A stretch of DNA of 64,000 bases, from the NCBI GenBank assembly GCA_014728035.1, contig WJMJ01000131.1, positions 96,001-160,000 on the forward strand, in the 5' to 3' direction. Every line of letters begins with the position of its first letter. Within the stretch, counting starts at the first letter, position 1. A program made the translations under genes and the position numbers. Below are positions 1-10,314 of the stretch, piece after piece. The DNA is from Promethearchaeota archaeon (GTDB lineage: Archaea; Asgardarchaeota; Thorarchaeia; Thorarchaeales; Thorarchaeaceae). A model generated the notes under the pieces. That model had not been told where the DNA came from and did no database searches. It saw only the letters and a program-made list of their open reading frames with translations.

Positions 1-522
1 ATTTGTTGCCAGACTCACCTGTGTTCCAAAAAGAACCAATCCTGCAACATTTGCGGTATCAATTACCGCAGATTGTAATGCCACTCTAGATCCCATACTA
101 TGCCCGAAGATAACAATTTGCGAGTCGCCTAGCCCGGATAATGTTTTGAATTGCTCTTTAGCTTCAAGGGCTTGCAATGCTAATCTATCGGTTGCTGCGT
201 TATCAAATCCAAGTGCTCCTGGAGACCTACCATGACCCGAGAAGTCAAAAGTGAAAATATGAAGGCCCATCCGGTAGTATTCAGAAACCAGACTTTGTAA
301 TGCAGTCTGGTCACTTCCAAATCCCTCAAGTAACAATACACCTGCTTCTTCTGAACCTTCGTAGTATGAACCGACCAGTAAGTCGTGATTCTCATCATAG
401 AATTCAATTTTTTGAGGGGGAACAATATCAGAATCTAATGCAACAAGACCGATAACAGAGGAAATTGCCAACAGTCCACCAATCATGGTAATAACAATCA
501 AAGATTTCTTAGAAACATTCAT
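1..522 (-). CDS. Alpha/beta hydrolase with N-terminal signal/TM anchor (runs off the left edge, 3' partial)
   Basis: Manual translation from ATG at 522: MNVSKKSLIVITMIGGLL...LLLEGFGSD...FDFSGHGRS...IFGHSMGSRVAL, with a GxSxG nucleophile elbow. Absent from the ORF track because there is no stop in the window. Confidence 0.85.
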   Translation of the reverse strand, partial: MNVSKKSLIVITMIGGLLAISSVIGLVALDSDIVPPQKIEFYDENHDLLVGSYYEGSEEAGVLLLEGFGSDQTALQSLVSEYYRMGLHIFTFDFSGHGRSPGALGFDNAATDRLALQALEAKEQFKTLSGLGDSQIVIFGHSMGSRVALQSAVIDTANVAGLVLFGTQVSLATN

Positions 523-612
523 GTCGAGTCACTTGACCATTGATGAAACTATCACTATTTGTTTATTGTCTATGAAAAAATAGTTTATAGGACGTTGTTT
601 AAGGGAGAGAGT

Positions 613-1008
613 ATGAGTGTTTCATCAAGTATGAGAGTAGCATTTGTAATCATTATACTTAGTTTTGGATTGCCGTTTGTTTTTCTATTCTTTCTCTTCG
701 AATATTTGGGGATAGCAGAATACGTTTTTCCGACCCTCTTACCAATTATTGGTTTTACATTTCTATTGTTAATTGTCATCTTTGGACTTGTATTTGGAGC
801 AATTAGATGGTCAACTGGAAAGATTGGTACCGTATACTCACAACAATATTCAACATATACAACACCGAAACAAAAGAGATACTACTTGGTTCCGGTCCAA
901 TGTCCACACTGTGATAGAGAGATAGAATTGGGACGTGCAGAATGGAGAGATAACAGAACGATGATTTGTTCACGTTGCTTTACAGATATACAAATCCAAA
1001 GATCATAG
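613..1008 (+). CDS. Small membrane protein with C-terminal Zn ribbon
   Basis: Two hydrophobic helices, then CPHC...CSRC. Start moved to the ATG after a GGAGAG motif. Confidence 0.7.
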   Translation: MSVSSSMRVAFVIIILSFGLPFVFLFFLFEYLGIAEYVFPTLLPIIGFTFLLLIVIFGLVFGAIRWSTGKIGTVYSQQYSTYTTPKQKRYYLVPVQCPHCDREIELGRAEWRDNRTMICSRCFTDIQIQRS

Positions 1009-1070
1009 TTAACAAATCAAAAAAAGAAGATTGTGTATCTGGAAGAATCACAGATACACAAAAGACCAAA

Positions 1071-2024
1071 CTAACCTACTCCAACAACTTCAAAGTCATC
1101 AAAGTCCTCTGGGCCCGAGTTGCGTTTTGCCAACATTACTACAACCGCAATGATAACAACTGCACCAACCACACCGATTCCAATAATCATAACTGTACTC
1201 ATATCAAGTGCAACCGGGGGCGCATCAGAACTTGTAGTAGTAGTTTCATCTCCTCCACCAGATCCGAGAGTAATATCAATACCATAGGAAATCGTTACGG
1301 TATCGCTTTGTTCAAGAGCTGAGAAGACACAATACCAAGTTCCAGAGGTTGGTATCTCAAATGGCCCAATTGAGGCTTGATGGAAATCATCTTTAATGGC
1401 ATATCCACTTGCACTGCCACCAGTAGTCCAAGAATTATAATTACTTGAATCACAGATGAAAAAGTTGATTCCATCAGTTGAAAACCAAGTTGAGAAATGA
1501 CCCTCTATTTCATCTCCAGCATCCAGATTGAACGAAATATATGCCCATTCATCAGTTTCAAGAGTTTCACCATTTTCGGTATAATCCCAATTTGAGGTCG
1601 AGTAGAAGGGAGAATTATCGTCATCAATGTCAATTCCAATATCCAAGCTCACACTAGATGAACCGTCTGCATTACTGAAGACAATATGCCATGTGTCAGA
1701 GCTGGGAATAGAAAAGGAAATTCCCAACGTATGCATATCTTCATTGAGTTCATATACCGATGCGCTTCTACCAGCTTCCCACTCGCCCATGTTATAATCA
1801 TCAGCTATGAAGAAGTCAACACCTTGAGTTGCAGAATGCGTTTCAAAGAATCCAGAGATATCGGTACCGACAGACAGGGACCCTGAGACATCATACCATT
1901 CCCCAGCATTTAGTGAAACATTGGTATATTCTTCAGTCCAATCAGCAGCAGCCACATTTTGCGTAGTGCTAGACGATACAAGAACAAATGCAAAAAACAA
2001 AAGTATAATTTTCTTTTTATCCAC
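1071..2024 (-). CDS. Secreted/surface protein: signal peptide, two repeated beta-rich (GOLD/p24-like) domains, Ser/Thr linker, C-terminal TM
   Basis: Internal repeat (GVDFFIADDYN..W..G...IPSSDTWHIVFS vs GINFFICDSSNY..W..G...IPTSGTWYCVFS), TTTTSS linker, TM helix. The fold assignment is inference. Confidence 0.7.
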   Translation of the reverse strand: MDKKKIILLFFAFVLVSSSTTQNVAAADWTEEYTNVSLNAGEWYDVSGSLSVGTDISGFFETHSATQGVDFFIADDYNMGEWEAGRSASVYELNEDMHTLGISFSIPSSDTWHIVFSNADGSSSVSLDIGIDIDDDNSPFYSTSNWDYTENGETLETDEWAYISFNLDAGDEIEGHFSTWFSTDGINFFICDSSNYNSWTTGGSASGYAIKDDFHQASIGPFEIPTSGTWYCVFSALEQSDTVTISYGIDITLGSGGGDETTTTSSDAPPVALDMSTVMIIGIGVVGAVVIIAVVVMLAKRNSGPEDFDDFEVVGVG

Positions 2025-2181
2025 GGTGTTGTCACCTTTTGTATTCTACAGTAGAAACCTCAAGCCACAAATAGATTTTGGATATTATATTATCAATATA
2101 AAAGAGAAATCGGCTATTGTTTGTAAGGAATTCAGACACGTAAGTTGTATTAATGACAAAACACATGATTTCATGGTTGCA

Positions 2182-4398
2182 ATGAGTGAAATTCCTCCAG
2201 TATGGCAGATGATAAAGGATGCAATTGATGCGCTCGATGGAAGAGCGACTCACGCGGAAATCCGGGAACACATCCAAACAAAATATGGTGACATTTCTGA
2301 TGCTATGATTAAGACCGAGATTAACTTCTGCTCGGTTAACAGCCCAACTAGGATATACGGACCGGAAAATCAAGACCCGCGAAGTACCAGAAATCCAGAT
2401 GAGCGGTACGATTTTTTATTCCGAGTTGAACGCGGGACTGTAATGAAGTATGACCCCCATATTCATGGATACTGGGAGATTGCTCAAGATACGGATGGGA
2501 GAATGGTAGTTAGACAGGACGTAATGGATGATGCTGACGTATTCCTGGAAACTAGAGATCCAGAGGAACTTAGAAGAATCGGAGACCGTCTTGAAGAAAG
2601 ACGAAGATATGTAGAAGCAGAGCTCATGTACCGAATGGCAATCGACCTAGATGAGGAATATCATGCAGCATGGAACAATCTTGCCCTCGTACTGGAGAAA
2701 CAAGGGAGATATGAAGAAGCAAAGGAAGCCTATGAAAAATCTATTGCAATCAATCCAGAAGACCCAGCAACTTGGAGCAATCTTGCTGACGCCTTAATCG
2801 AGATGAAGAGCTTTTCCGATGCTGAAAAGGCCTACAAAAGAGCATTGGACCTTGATAAAGAGAATCCAGTCACGTGGAACAACTATGGACTGGCTCTTGA
2901 AGAACAGGGATTCTACGAAGACGCGGAACGTGCATTCCGAACATCAGTTAGACTAAATCCAAATGATGCGGTCGCATGGGGAAATCTTGGTGATTTGTTA
3001 GAACGAGATGATAGGTTAGATGAGGCTGAAAATGCCTATAGGCGTTCTGTGGACTTAGACCCAGATCATTCGGATGCATGGTACATGTTAGGATGGATAC
3101 TGGAACAGATGGAACGTTATGATGAGGCAATTGAAGCATATAGATGGTCATCAGATATTGATCCAAATGACATAGAAATTTGGAAGAAGCTTGGGGAAGT
3201 GCTGCAATACGAGAACCGCTTCTCAGAAGCGTCGGAAGCATATCGAAGAGCAATTAGGATAGATCCAAATGATCCACATTTGTGGAGGTCTTTTGGATGG
3301 GTTCAGTTGATGACAAACGAGTCGAACACAGCTGAGAAATCATTTCTCAAGGCAATCAGTTATGATTCTAAAGATGTGCTATCACGTATTGGTATCGCAG
3401 TAATTCAAACAGAGGAAGAATATTATAGTCGTACCATAAAGACTTGCGACCAAATTTTATCAATTGAACCAGAGAATCCATATGGATTGGTATTGACTGC
3501 TATCGCAAAATGGAAACAAAACCACATTGAAGAAGCTGAAACACTTCTTGAGAAATCTACAGGTATCCATCCCGATTTCTACCTTGGATGGAGACATTTG
3601 GCTCTGTTTTATCAGGAGCAGAAAAAGCATGAAGAAGCAGAAGAAGCATTCAGAATGGCTCTGGATCTTGAACCAGATTATGCAGATCTCCACTATGAGC
3701 TTGGAGTACTCTTAATGGATTTGGGGAGAAAGAGGGAGGCTCTAGAAGAATTCAAAGAAGCTGTTACTATTGATGGTAAATTCGTGCAAGCATGGGCAAG
3801 ATTAGCGCTTCTAGCTGAAGAATTGGGAATTACAGATCTCATGGAATCAGCAAAGAACACCTACAATGAGGTATCTAAAAAACACAAGAGAAAACGTTCA
3901 CCAGTTCTTATTCCACCGGAAATAGCGGATTATGATGAAGAAGATATGGAAGAGATAGAGTCCAGAAAACGCATTCGTAGGACACACGAGATTCAAGAAC
4001 TAGTAGAAGCAGGACCCTCTCAGACGTTTACAACTGAACTTATTGAGAAATTTGTGAAATGGTTAGAAGAAAAAGGAATTGCTTCAAAACAAGAACCAGA
4101 TCATGTAGATATAATATTCCAAATGAAAAATCGAACTTATGCAACAGAAGTGAAATCTCTAAGAAATGAAATTGAGGACATCAGAGACGCAGTGGGTAGG
4201 TTACTTCAATACAATCTTCTTCCAGACAGAAAACCCGCAGACGTATGGCTCATTCTAGCTGATGAAAAACCAACTGAGGCAGGTCTTGTATGGATAAGCA
4301 ATTTACGTCAAAGAATGAGTGAAGAGAAGTTTCCAGTATACATTGGATGGCAAAAGGATGCAGATTTCATCTTTGATGGTATTGATTTAGGATTCTAA
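2182..4398 (+). CDS. N-terminal wHTH-like domain + long TPR array + C-terminal PD-(D/E)XK-like nuclease domain
   Basis: Many 34-aa TPR units (AWNNLALVLEKQGRYEEAKEAYEKSIAINPED etc.). C-terminus has VDII...ATEVKS...IRDAVGRLLQY. Confidence 0.8.
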   Translation: MSEIPPVWQMIKDAIDALDGRATHAEIREHIQTKYGDISDAMIKTEINFCSVNSPTRIYGPENQDPRSTRNPDERYDFLFRVERGTVMKYDPHIHGYWEIAQDTDGRMVVRQDVMDDADVFLETRDPEELRRIGDRLEERRRYVEAELMYRMAIDLDEEYHAAWNNLALVLEKQGRYEEAKEAYEKSIAINPEDPATWSNLADALIEMKSFSDAEKAYKRALDLDKENPVTWNNYGLALEEQGFYEDAERAFRTSVRLNPNDAVAWGNLGDLLERDDRLDEAENAYRRSVDLDPDHSDAWYMLGWILEQMERYDEAIEAYRWSSDIDPNDIEIWKKLGEVLQYENRFSEASEAYRRAIRIDPNDPHLWRSFGWVQLMTNESNTAEKSFLKAISYDSKDVLSRIGIAVIQTEEEYYSRTIKTCDQILSIEPENPYGLVLTAIAKWKQNHIEEAETLLEKSTGIHPDFYLGWRHLALFYQEQKKHEEAEEAFRMALDLEPDYADLHYELGVLLMDLGRKREALEEFKEAVTIDGKFVQAWARLALLAEELGITDLMESAKNTYNEVSKKHKRKRSPVLIPPEIADYDEEDMEEIESRKRIRRTHEIQELVEAGPSQTFTTELIEKFVKWLEEKGIASKQEPDHVDIIFQMKNRTYATEVKSLRNEIEDIRDAVGRLLQYNLLPDRKPADVWLILADEKPTEAGLVWISNLRQRMSEEKFPVYIGWQKDADFIFDGIDLGF

Positions 4399-5576
4399 CT
4401 TTTACGAATAGCAGCCAAGGGTATGTTTCGAACATAACTTTGGTCTGTTTTCCATCCATTTTCATCATGGTTTTCATGGTAAAAGTAGTATGTGAATGCT
4501 GAGTCAAATTGCAGTTGAAGTATTGAAACATCGTCTGCATGTTCCCAGATGAATTCAGATAATTCGGGTGCAAAAGATGGAGAGGATGTGGAAAAGAGAA
4601 CAAATCCATCGTCATCCGATACGAGCTGGCATTCAAAAGGTATTATTTTTGATTTGATAAAATAATGTAGAGTGGAATTATCCAAATCACTATCAGGCCT
4701 GAAGTGCCCCAATATTGCTTGAGGATACGTCAAATCAAATACTGAGCGGTCATAGTATAATTGCTCACCAGGAGCTACTGAATCGCGTATTTTCCTTACT
4801 CTTCGAGAGATTGTGGTAGGATCTCGGTCATGATATTTGCCTAAGTCTTTCTTGGCAATCTTGGAATTGATTGTTAGTTCGCGGAGCAATAATTTGTCGA
4901 GACGATCAAGATCCAATTCATCGTTTAATCTAACTGGCTCAAGTGAGGGATTTTTGTCAAGGGTTTCTAACATTTGGTCCCACATGGTATCGAGAGCACT
5001 CTGTTTAGATCCACGTTCTGATTTCAAATCCGATTCTATTCTCCACGTATTTGATTTCTTATCCCACTGAGAGAAATCTGCAGGAGTTTTAGAAATGTAA
5101 CTAGAATTCTGACACCGGAAACTTTTGAACAAGTCTTGGTCCTGAAGATCTTTGAAGAGTAGATTCATAGAGTCTTCTGTGGAGGGAGGAATGTCGAATT
5201 GAACGTATAATACAGCGCCTTGCGAGTAGGCAACTGTTCGATAATGAGTATATGGATGCTCATCACATAGCATCTTTAGCTTATTCAAACTTTCACGGTT
5301 TGGAACCTGATTGAAAAATACGTGTTTTCTAACAAGACCGAGTCTTTGTGGCAAATACACAGCCTCAATCTCTGTTTGGGTGCGGTTGCCTAGAATAGGA
5401 TCTTTAATCTCTCTATCAACGCGAAGAAATCCCTTTTCTTTCATGTGCATCAATCTTGTACGCACAGTTTCAATAGAAACTGAAATATCAGAATCCTTTG
5501 TCACCGCTGATGCAATCTCATGTAATTTAGATGATGGGTCATTCTTCAATTTGAGAAAGATTTCGTAATCTTTCAT
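4395..5576 (-). CDS. Large Lrp/AsnC-like transcription regulator with two wHTH modules
   Basis: N-terminal HTH (LHEIAS...SIETVRTRL..MKEKG) and a second HTH (LDRLDKLLLREL...DPTTISRRVRKI). GGAGG precedes the MKDY start. Confidence 0.7.
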   Translation of the reverse strand: MKDYEIFLKLKNDPSSKLHEIASAVTKDSDISVSIETVRTRLMHMKEKGFLRVDREIKDPILGNRTQTEIEAVYLPQRLGLVRKHVFFNQVPNRESLNKLKMLCDEHPYTHYRTVAYSQGAVLYVQFDIPPSTEDSMNLLFKDLQDQDLFKSFRCQNSSYISKTPADFSQWDKKSNTWRIESDLKSERGSKQSALDTMWDQMLETLDKNPSLEPVRLNDELDLDRLDKLLLRELTINSKIAKKDLGKYHDRDPTTISRRVRKIRDSVAPGEQLYYDRSVFDLTYPQAILGHFRPDSDLDNSTLHYFIKSKIIPFECQLVSDDDGFVLFSTSSPSFAPELSEFIWEHADDVSILQLQFDSAFTYYFYHENHDENGWKTDQSYVRNIPLAAIRKS

Positions 5577-5661
5577 GTCGAGATTATAACCCCTCCAAGC
5601 AACCATTCAATTTCACCTTTTTATCTTTGTTTTGTCGTTCTTCTGTATCAATGTGTTGTCT

Positions 5662-6165
5662 TTAGTATACTATCAGTGTTGGCTCTCCACCAGAAGATCC
5701 ACCAGGTGGGTCAAATGTGTGACTAACCGTATCGGAATCCCAATATGGAGAGATGAGTAATGCGTCAACATGAATGGTATAATCACCACTCTCAGTCGCA
5801 TAGTCATAGAATACATTTCGTAGGTAAATCGTATCCGCCCATGCAAACACGTGAACTTCATAGCAGAATGCTTTACCAGAGGGCAACTCCAAAGTAATCC
5901 AATAGTAGTACTCGTAAATCAAAGAGCTCGATAAATCGAACCGTATCAATGAGAAGACATCGTTTTCTATCCCATCTCCATCAAGACAGTCATAATACGC
6001 AGCTTCAATTGAAACTTTGATTTCTGGCTCATATAGATAGCTTGCAGGATAAGCACTTACACCAGATACTGAAGACATAACAAATAATAGTGAAAGAAGA
6101 ACACCGAATAAGGCGACTCTAGGACGTATTTTCATACCAGAGCCAATCTTTTTCATCTTTGTCAT
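5662..6165 (-). CDS. Hypothetical secreted protein
   Basis: Signal peptide, a DGDGxEND Ca-binding-like loop and a beta-rich body. Confidence 0.6.
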   Translation of the reverse strand: MTKMKKIGSGMKIRPRVALFGVLLSLLFVMSSVSGVSAYPASYLYEPEIKVSIEAAYYDCLDGDGIENDVFSLIRFDLSSSLIYEYYYWITLELPSGKAFCYEVHVFAWADTIYLRNVFYDYATESGDYTIHVDALLISPYWDSDTVSHTFDPPGGSSGGEPTLIVY

Positions 6166-6359
6166 GTTTCCCAGCTCTATTGTGCAGGAAATGCAATGCA
6201 GTATATATATTGTTTCCGGAAAATCCTGCGTGCAGTATTTTCAACACATTTATATATAATATTTGACATTCGTGCAACACAACTAACTGACCTGATTGGG
6301 GCCACCAAGACGGTCTAGCCCTAAGTCAACGAACGACGAACGGGCAATCGGTGATAAGA

Positions 6360-8201
6360 ATGAAGAAACACAAAGTGGTGTTTTTTGCAGCCGTATTGGC
6401 AGCAGTGCTTGTTTTACCAAATATATCAGCAATGCCCAGTGCGACTGTTACACCAAATACGAGTTTTGTTGATGCTGTGATTATGTTTAATCCCAGTGCC
6501 AATATAGATTTGCAAAATTTTGATATCATTCGAGAGTATGATTCATTGAATGGTATAGCAGCAAGAATTCCCCTTCCGTTCTACCGGATACTTGAAAAAT
6601 CATGGTTTGTTTCTGCAATCCAGATCGACCATGATGTAACAATCTTCCAAGACACACTAGATTGGGGTGTCGATGATGTTGAAGCAGAACGAGTATGGGG
6701 CGGCATTGAAAATGCAGCTGATGTTGTCAGTGGAAATGTTGATGGAACTGGTGTGAAGGTAGCTATACTCGATACTGGTATTGATTATAACCACCCCGAT
6801 TTGAATGACATCTATGCCGGTGGATACGACTTTGTCCAAAATGATAACGACCCAAAGGACGAAAATGGTCATGGAACTCACTGTGCGGGTATCGTAGCTG
6901 CTGAGGATAATGGTGAAGGTGTTATTGGAGTAGCACCACATGCTTCAGTATATGCAGTACGTGTTCTTGATGCCCAAGGTTCAGGTTCTATCAGTGACAT
7001 TGTTGCAGGAATTGACTGGGCAATAGATAACAATATGGATGTGATTTCGATGAGTTTGGGTGCAAGCTCTGGAGATTCCACATTGGAGTCAGCAGTCAAT
7101 CGAGCGTACAATGCAGGTTTAGTAGTGGTTGCTGCTTCTGGAAATGACGGCCATAATGGTATATCATATCCCGCAGCATATTCCAATGCTATTGCCGTTG
7201 GAGCAACTGATTCAAGCCATAATCTAGCAAGCTTTAGCAACTACGGAGCTGAACAAGAAGTTGTAGCTCCTGGAGTAGACATCTACAGTACCATGCCAAC
7301 CTATCGAGTGACTTTGAACTCATGGTGGTATGGAGGACTTAGCCAAGATTATTCAGAGATGGATGGTACATCAATGGCCTGTCCAATGGTTGCAGGAGTT
7401 GTTGCACTAATTCTGGATGCAGACCCAACACTCACCCCTTCGGAAGTGAGAGATATTCTACATACCACTTCTGTAGACCTTGGTTCCACAGGATGGGACA
7501 GTACATTTGGCTATGGTCTTGTTGATGCAGAGATGGCGGTAGAAGAAGCGGATAGCGGAGGAACTCCTTCTGACGAAAACCCAACAGTCACAATCGAAGA
7601 TCCTACAAATGGTGAAACCGTATCAGATACCAAGAGAGTATACATCTCTGCAAGTGATGACAATGGTGTGTCAAAAGTAGAGCTGAATATTGACTCTGGA
7701 ACCTGGATCGACATTACTAACAACTTTGATGGTACATACTACTATTATGACTGGGATACAACTCAGGAATCAGATGGTAGTCACAATATCAATGCCCGTG
7801 CCACGGATACTGCAAGTCAGACTGACACGGATTCGATATCTGTAACTGTAAACAATGGCGGCACCATCACAGACACCATGCATGTTGCATCAATTGCAAT
7901 GAGCTATGAAGAAGTAAGATGGTGGTTCTGGGTCATAGGTTATGATGTCTATACAGAGATAACTGTTCATGATGGGAATGGAAACCCACTCGAAGGCGTA
8001 ACAGTCTATCTCGAAATGACTCTCCCTGATGGCTCCACTGCTACAGGTAATGCAGATACTGGAACTGATGGTACTGTAACTTTTGTTTTAGAACAAGGCG
8101 ATTCTGGAACCTACACATCTACAGTCACAGACCTCCAGAAGACAGGATACAGCTATGTATCTTCAGACAATGTAGAAACCTCGGAGTCTCTTACTATCTA
8201 A
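6360..8201 (+). CDS. Subtilisin-family (S8) serine protease with propeptide and C-terminal Ig-like domains
   Basis: Catalytic motifs VAILDTGID, HGTHCAGIV and GTSMACP, with a signal peptide and an Ig-like repeat (PTVTIEDP...ASDDNGVSKVE). Confidence 0.95.
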   Translation: MKKHKVVFFAAVLAAVLVLPNISAMPSATVTPNTSFVDAVIMFNPSANIDLQNFDIIREYDSLNGIAARIPLPFYRILEKSWFVSAIQIDHDVTIFQDTLDWGVDDVEAERVWGGIENAADVVSGNVDGTGVKVAILDTGIDYNHPDLNDIYAGGYDFVQNDNDPKDENGHGTHCAGIVAAEDNGEGVIGVAPHASVYAVRVLDAQGSGSISDIVAGIDWAIDNNMDVISMSLGASSGDSTLESAVNRAYNAGLVVVAASGNDGHNGISYPAAYSNAIAVGATDSSHNLASFSNYGAEQEVVAPGVDIYSTMPTYRVTLNSWWYGGLSQDYSEMDGTSMACPMVAGVVALILDADPTLTPSEVRDILHTTSVDLGSTGWDSTFGYGLVDAEMAVEEADSGGTPSDENPTVTIEDPTNGETVSDTKRVYISASDDNGVSKVELNIDSGTWIDITNNFDGTYYYYDWDTTQESDGSHNINARATDTASQTDTDSISVTVNNGGTITDTMHVASIAMSYEEVRWWFWVIGYDVYTEITVHDGNGNPLEGVTVYLEMTLPDGSTATGNADTGTDGTVTFVLEQGDSGTYTSTVTDLQKTGYSYVSSDNVETSESLTI

Positions 8202-8215
8202 AGAGGTGTTCCAAT

Positions 8216-8244
8216 AAGCCCGATTCATTCGGGCTTCTTTTTTT
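8216..8244 (+). terminator. Hairpin + T-tract terminator between convergent genes
   Basis: AAGCCCGA-ttcat-TCGGGCTT followed by CTTTTTTT. Confidence 0.7.
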
Positions 8245-9721
8245 ATTCAAATTGTGGTTTCTTTTTCTTCCTCAAGGCTTCTTTAACACCATCAAGTGGA
8301 AGCTGTAGTGTGTGTCGTAGTCCATCTACAGTGGATAAGTTTCTTACATTTCGGCGTGTTTCAGCAATGATTGCATCAATGACCACCTTTTCATCCACTT
8401 CCCCTTGTTCCTCGACTAACGCAAGTCTATGAACTGCATAGATTCCGATTAGCACAGAGAAAAGAAATAGGAAGTCAATACCTGAAAGATAGATAGTATT
8501 GAATACAATCTGACCAGCTGGATTATTCCAAGTGAATGTGAGGATGAGTTCATGACTTGCCAAAATGTCAGCAAGTATTCCACCAATAATGGGGGCTACA
8601 GATGCTGCGGATGATATAACTACACTTCGAGTTGCAATATATCCAGGAGCTTGTCCACGAGGTGCAAGTTTCAATCCTATATTGGCCGAAGTGAGATTAA
8701 CACCAGCTGCAGATAATCCAGTTAGAAGATGAATAACAACCAGCAAAGGAATCCCCAGAGAGATATCTTGAGCTACAGTAGAAAATGCCCAAAGAAGAGT
8801 CCCTATGAGGAAGAGGGGAGCTGTTATTTGAAGAACCGATTTATTGGTAAATCGATCAGATAGAGAACCCCAAAATCGGAAGAACATAATACTAACAATC
8901 TGTGTTAGTGCAGAAAGGCCAGTTGCAATAGGCAGGTCTAGTCCTAAACGCGTTAGAAGATATACTGTGAAAAAAGGAGCCACTAAATTAGTACTAAAAC
9001 TCCAAAGAATAGAGAATACCATCAGATTCCTGAAATTGATATTTCCGAAAGGATGACGAATCTGGTCAACAAAGCTCAGCCTTTTTTCGGGTTCCTCCAT
9101 TTTTGGCTCAGGAATGGAACGAGTAATGAAAAGCGAAACCATTCCAAAGAGAAATGCCAAGAAGAACAAGAAACTATAACTGAAAATTGTGGGACCTAAT
9201 CCCCAATTAGCCCATTCACCGACAAGAATGCCACCAAAAAAGGTAACAACTACAGAAACTATAGCATTAAGAGCCATTCTTCGAGAAAAAAACTGCCCTA
9301 GTTTGTTTAATGGTACCAAATCGCGGAGCCAAGAATTCCAGCTTGGTGAACCAATTGCGACGAAGGCCGATTGAATCGCTATACTTCCGATGAAGAAGAC
9401 CAAAGCCAATTCCGAATCGTATAAAAAAGGAATAACAGCCATGAAGAGGATGGTCAGTCGACTTCCAATCGTGGTAATGGTATTGATACGCTTACGTGTT
9501 CGATATTTTTCAACAATATAGATTGAAGGGATTTGTAAAAACTGAGAAATGGATGGAGTAGCAGCTAGAAATCCAATGACCGTATTCGAGGCCCCTAATA
9601 GAAGAGCAAATGCAACTAGAAAGACTCCCTCTGTAAGAGTGATTTTTACCTGAGACGTAATGCCTTGATGAAGAACTCTTCTAAGAGTTTTATCAGATGT
9701 TTCTGATTTCTGATCACTCAT
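8243..9721 (-). CDS. MFS transporter
   Basis: About 12 TM helices, with WGSLSDRFTNK and WNSWLRDLVP motifs. Confidence 0.85.
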   Translation of the reverse strand: MSDQKSETSDKTLRRVLHQGITSQVKITLTEGVFLVAFALLLGASNTVIGFLAATPSISQFLQIPSIYIVEKYRTRKRINTITTIGSRLTILFMAVIPFLYDSELALVFFIGSIAIQSAFVAIGSPSWNSWLRDLVPLNKLGQFFSRRMALNAIVSVVVTFFGGILVGEWANWGLGPTIFSYSFLFFLAFLFGMVSLFITRSIPEPKMEEPEKRLSFVDQIRHPFGNINFRNLMVFSILWSFSTNLVAPFFTVYLLTRLGLDLPIATGLSALTQIVSIMFFRFWGSLSDRFTNKSVLQITAPLFLIGTLLWAFSTVAQDISLGIPLLVVIHLLTGLSAAGVNLTSANIGLKLAPRGQAPGYIATRSVVISSAASVAPIIGGILADILASHELILTFTWNNPAGQIVFNTIYLSGIDFLFLFSVLIGIYAVHRLALVEEQGEVDEKVVIDAIIAETRRNVRNLSTVDGLRHTLQLPLDGVKEALRKKKKPQFE

Positions 9722-9825
9722 TTTATCCTACTCCAAACAATCGACTGATACATTGCTCATTCCTCTATATGAACACTTCAATCGGTTAAAAAGATACGAG
9801 ATTAAATTGAAAGATTAGAATAAGG

Positions 9826-9913
9826 AGGTAGGCTTCTAGCAAGGCTCACTATTTGGGTGTGGTAACTGCTTTGGAACATGTGTTACCATAATGTCCCTGC
9901 AAGTTGCCTACCT
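9826..9913. ncRNA. Candidate structured RNA / long intergenic stem-loop
   Basis: Nested inverted repeats AGGTAGGC/GCCTACCT, GCAAGG/CCCTGC and TGGTAAC/GTTACCA in an intergenic region. Confidence 0.35.
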
Positions 9914-10021
9914 AGTACATATTCTAACTTGTATGCACTAAAATATTTTGACTCCGATGGATACGTAAATTTTTGACTACCACATGATAATGTTTAGATG
10001 TGGTTTCCGTACGCGATGCGT

Positions 10022-10312
10022 ATGTCAAGGTGCAATTCAATGGGTTGGTGCAATATGGTCAGAGGCCCCTGCAAAGGGAATAAATGCGATTTCTGGGCAA
10101 GAGCTAAGCTCAAGAAAATGTCAGTTGATGATATTGTTCAGCAATTACAAGAGGGATTAACTGAATGCGACCCAAACAACGGGAAAGCATTTGATGAAGC
10201 ACTAGATGAATTTTGGGCTGCTTTTGGTATCAAAGACATGGATGCCCTACAAGAAGAAGAGATAGGACTGTTCTCCAAAATCCAAAAGGCTGAAGAACAA
10301 GTCCGAACTTAG
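10022..10312 (+). CDS. Small hypothetical protein with N-terminal Cys cluster
   Basis: C-x5-C-x6-C-x4-C (RCNSMGWCNMVRGPCKGNKCDFW). Start uncertain. Confidence 0.55.
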   Translation: MSRCNSMGWCNMVRGPCKGNKCDFWARAKLKKMSVDDIVQQLQEGLTECDPNNGKAFDEALDEFWAAFGIKDMDALQEEEIGLFSKIQKAEEQVRT

Positions 10313-10314
10313 CA

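Noticed and set aside
180-425. 81-aa minus-strand ORF
   Set aside because: It is an alternative frame overlapping the real alpha/beta hydrolase (1-522).
1921-2181. Long N-terminal extensions in ORF-track calls (e.g. 1921, 12141, 30018, 38256, 55803)
   Set aside because: They overlap neighbouring genes or promoters, and downstream ATGs match the domain starts.
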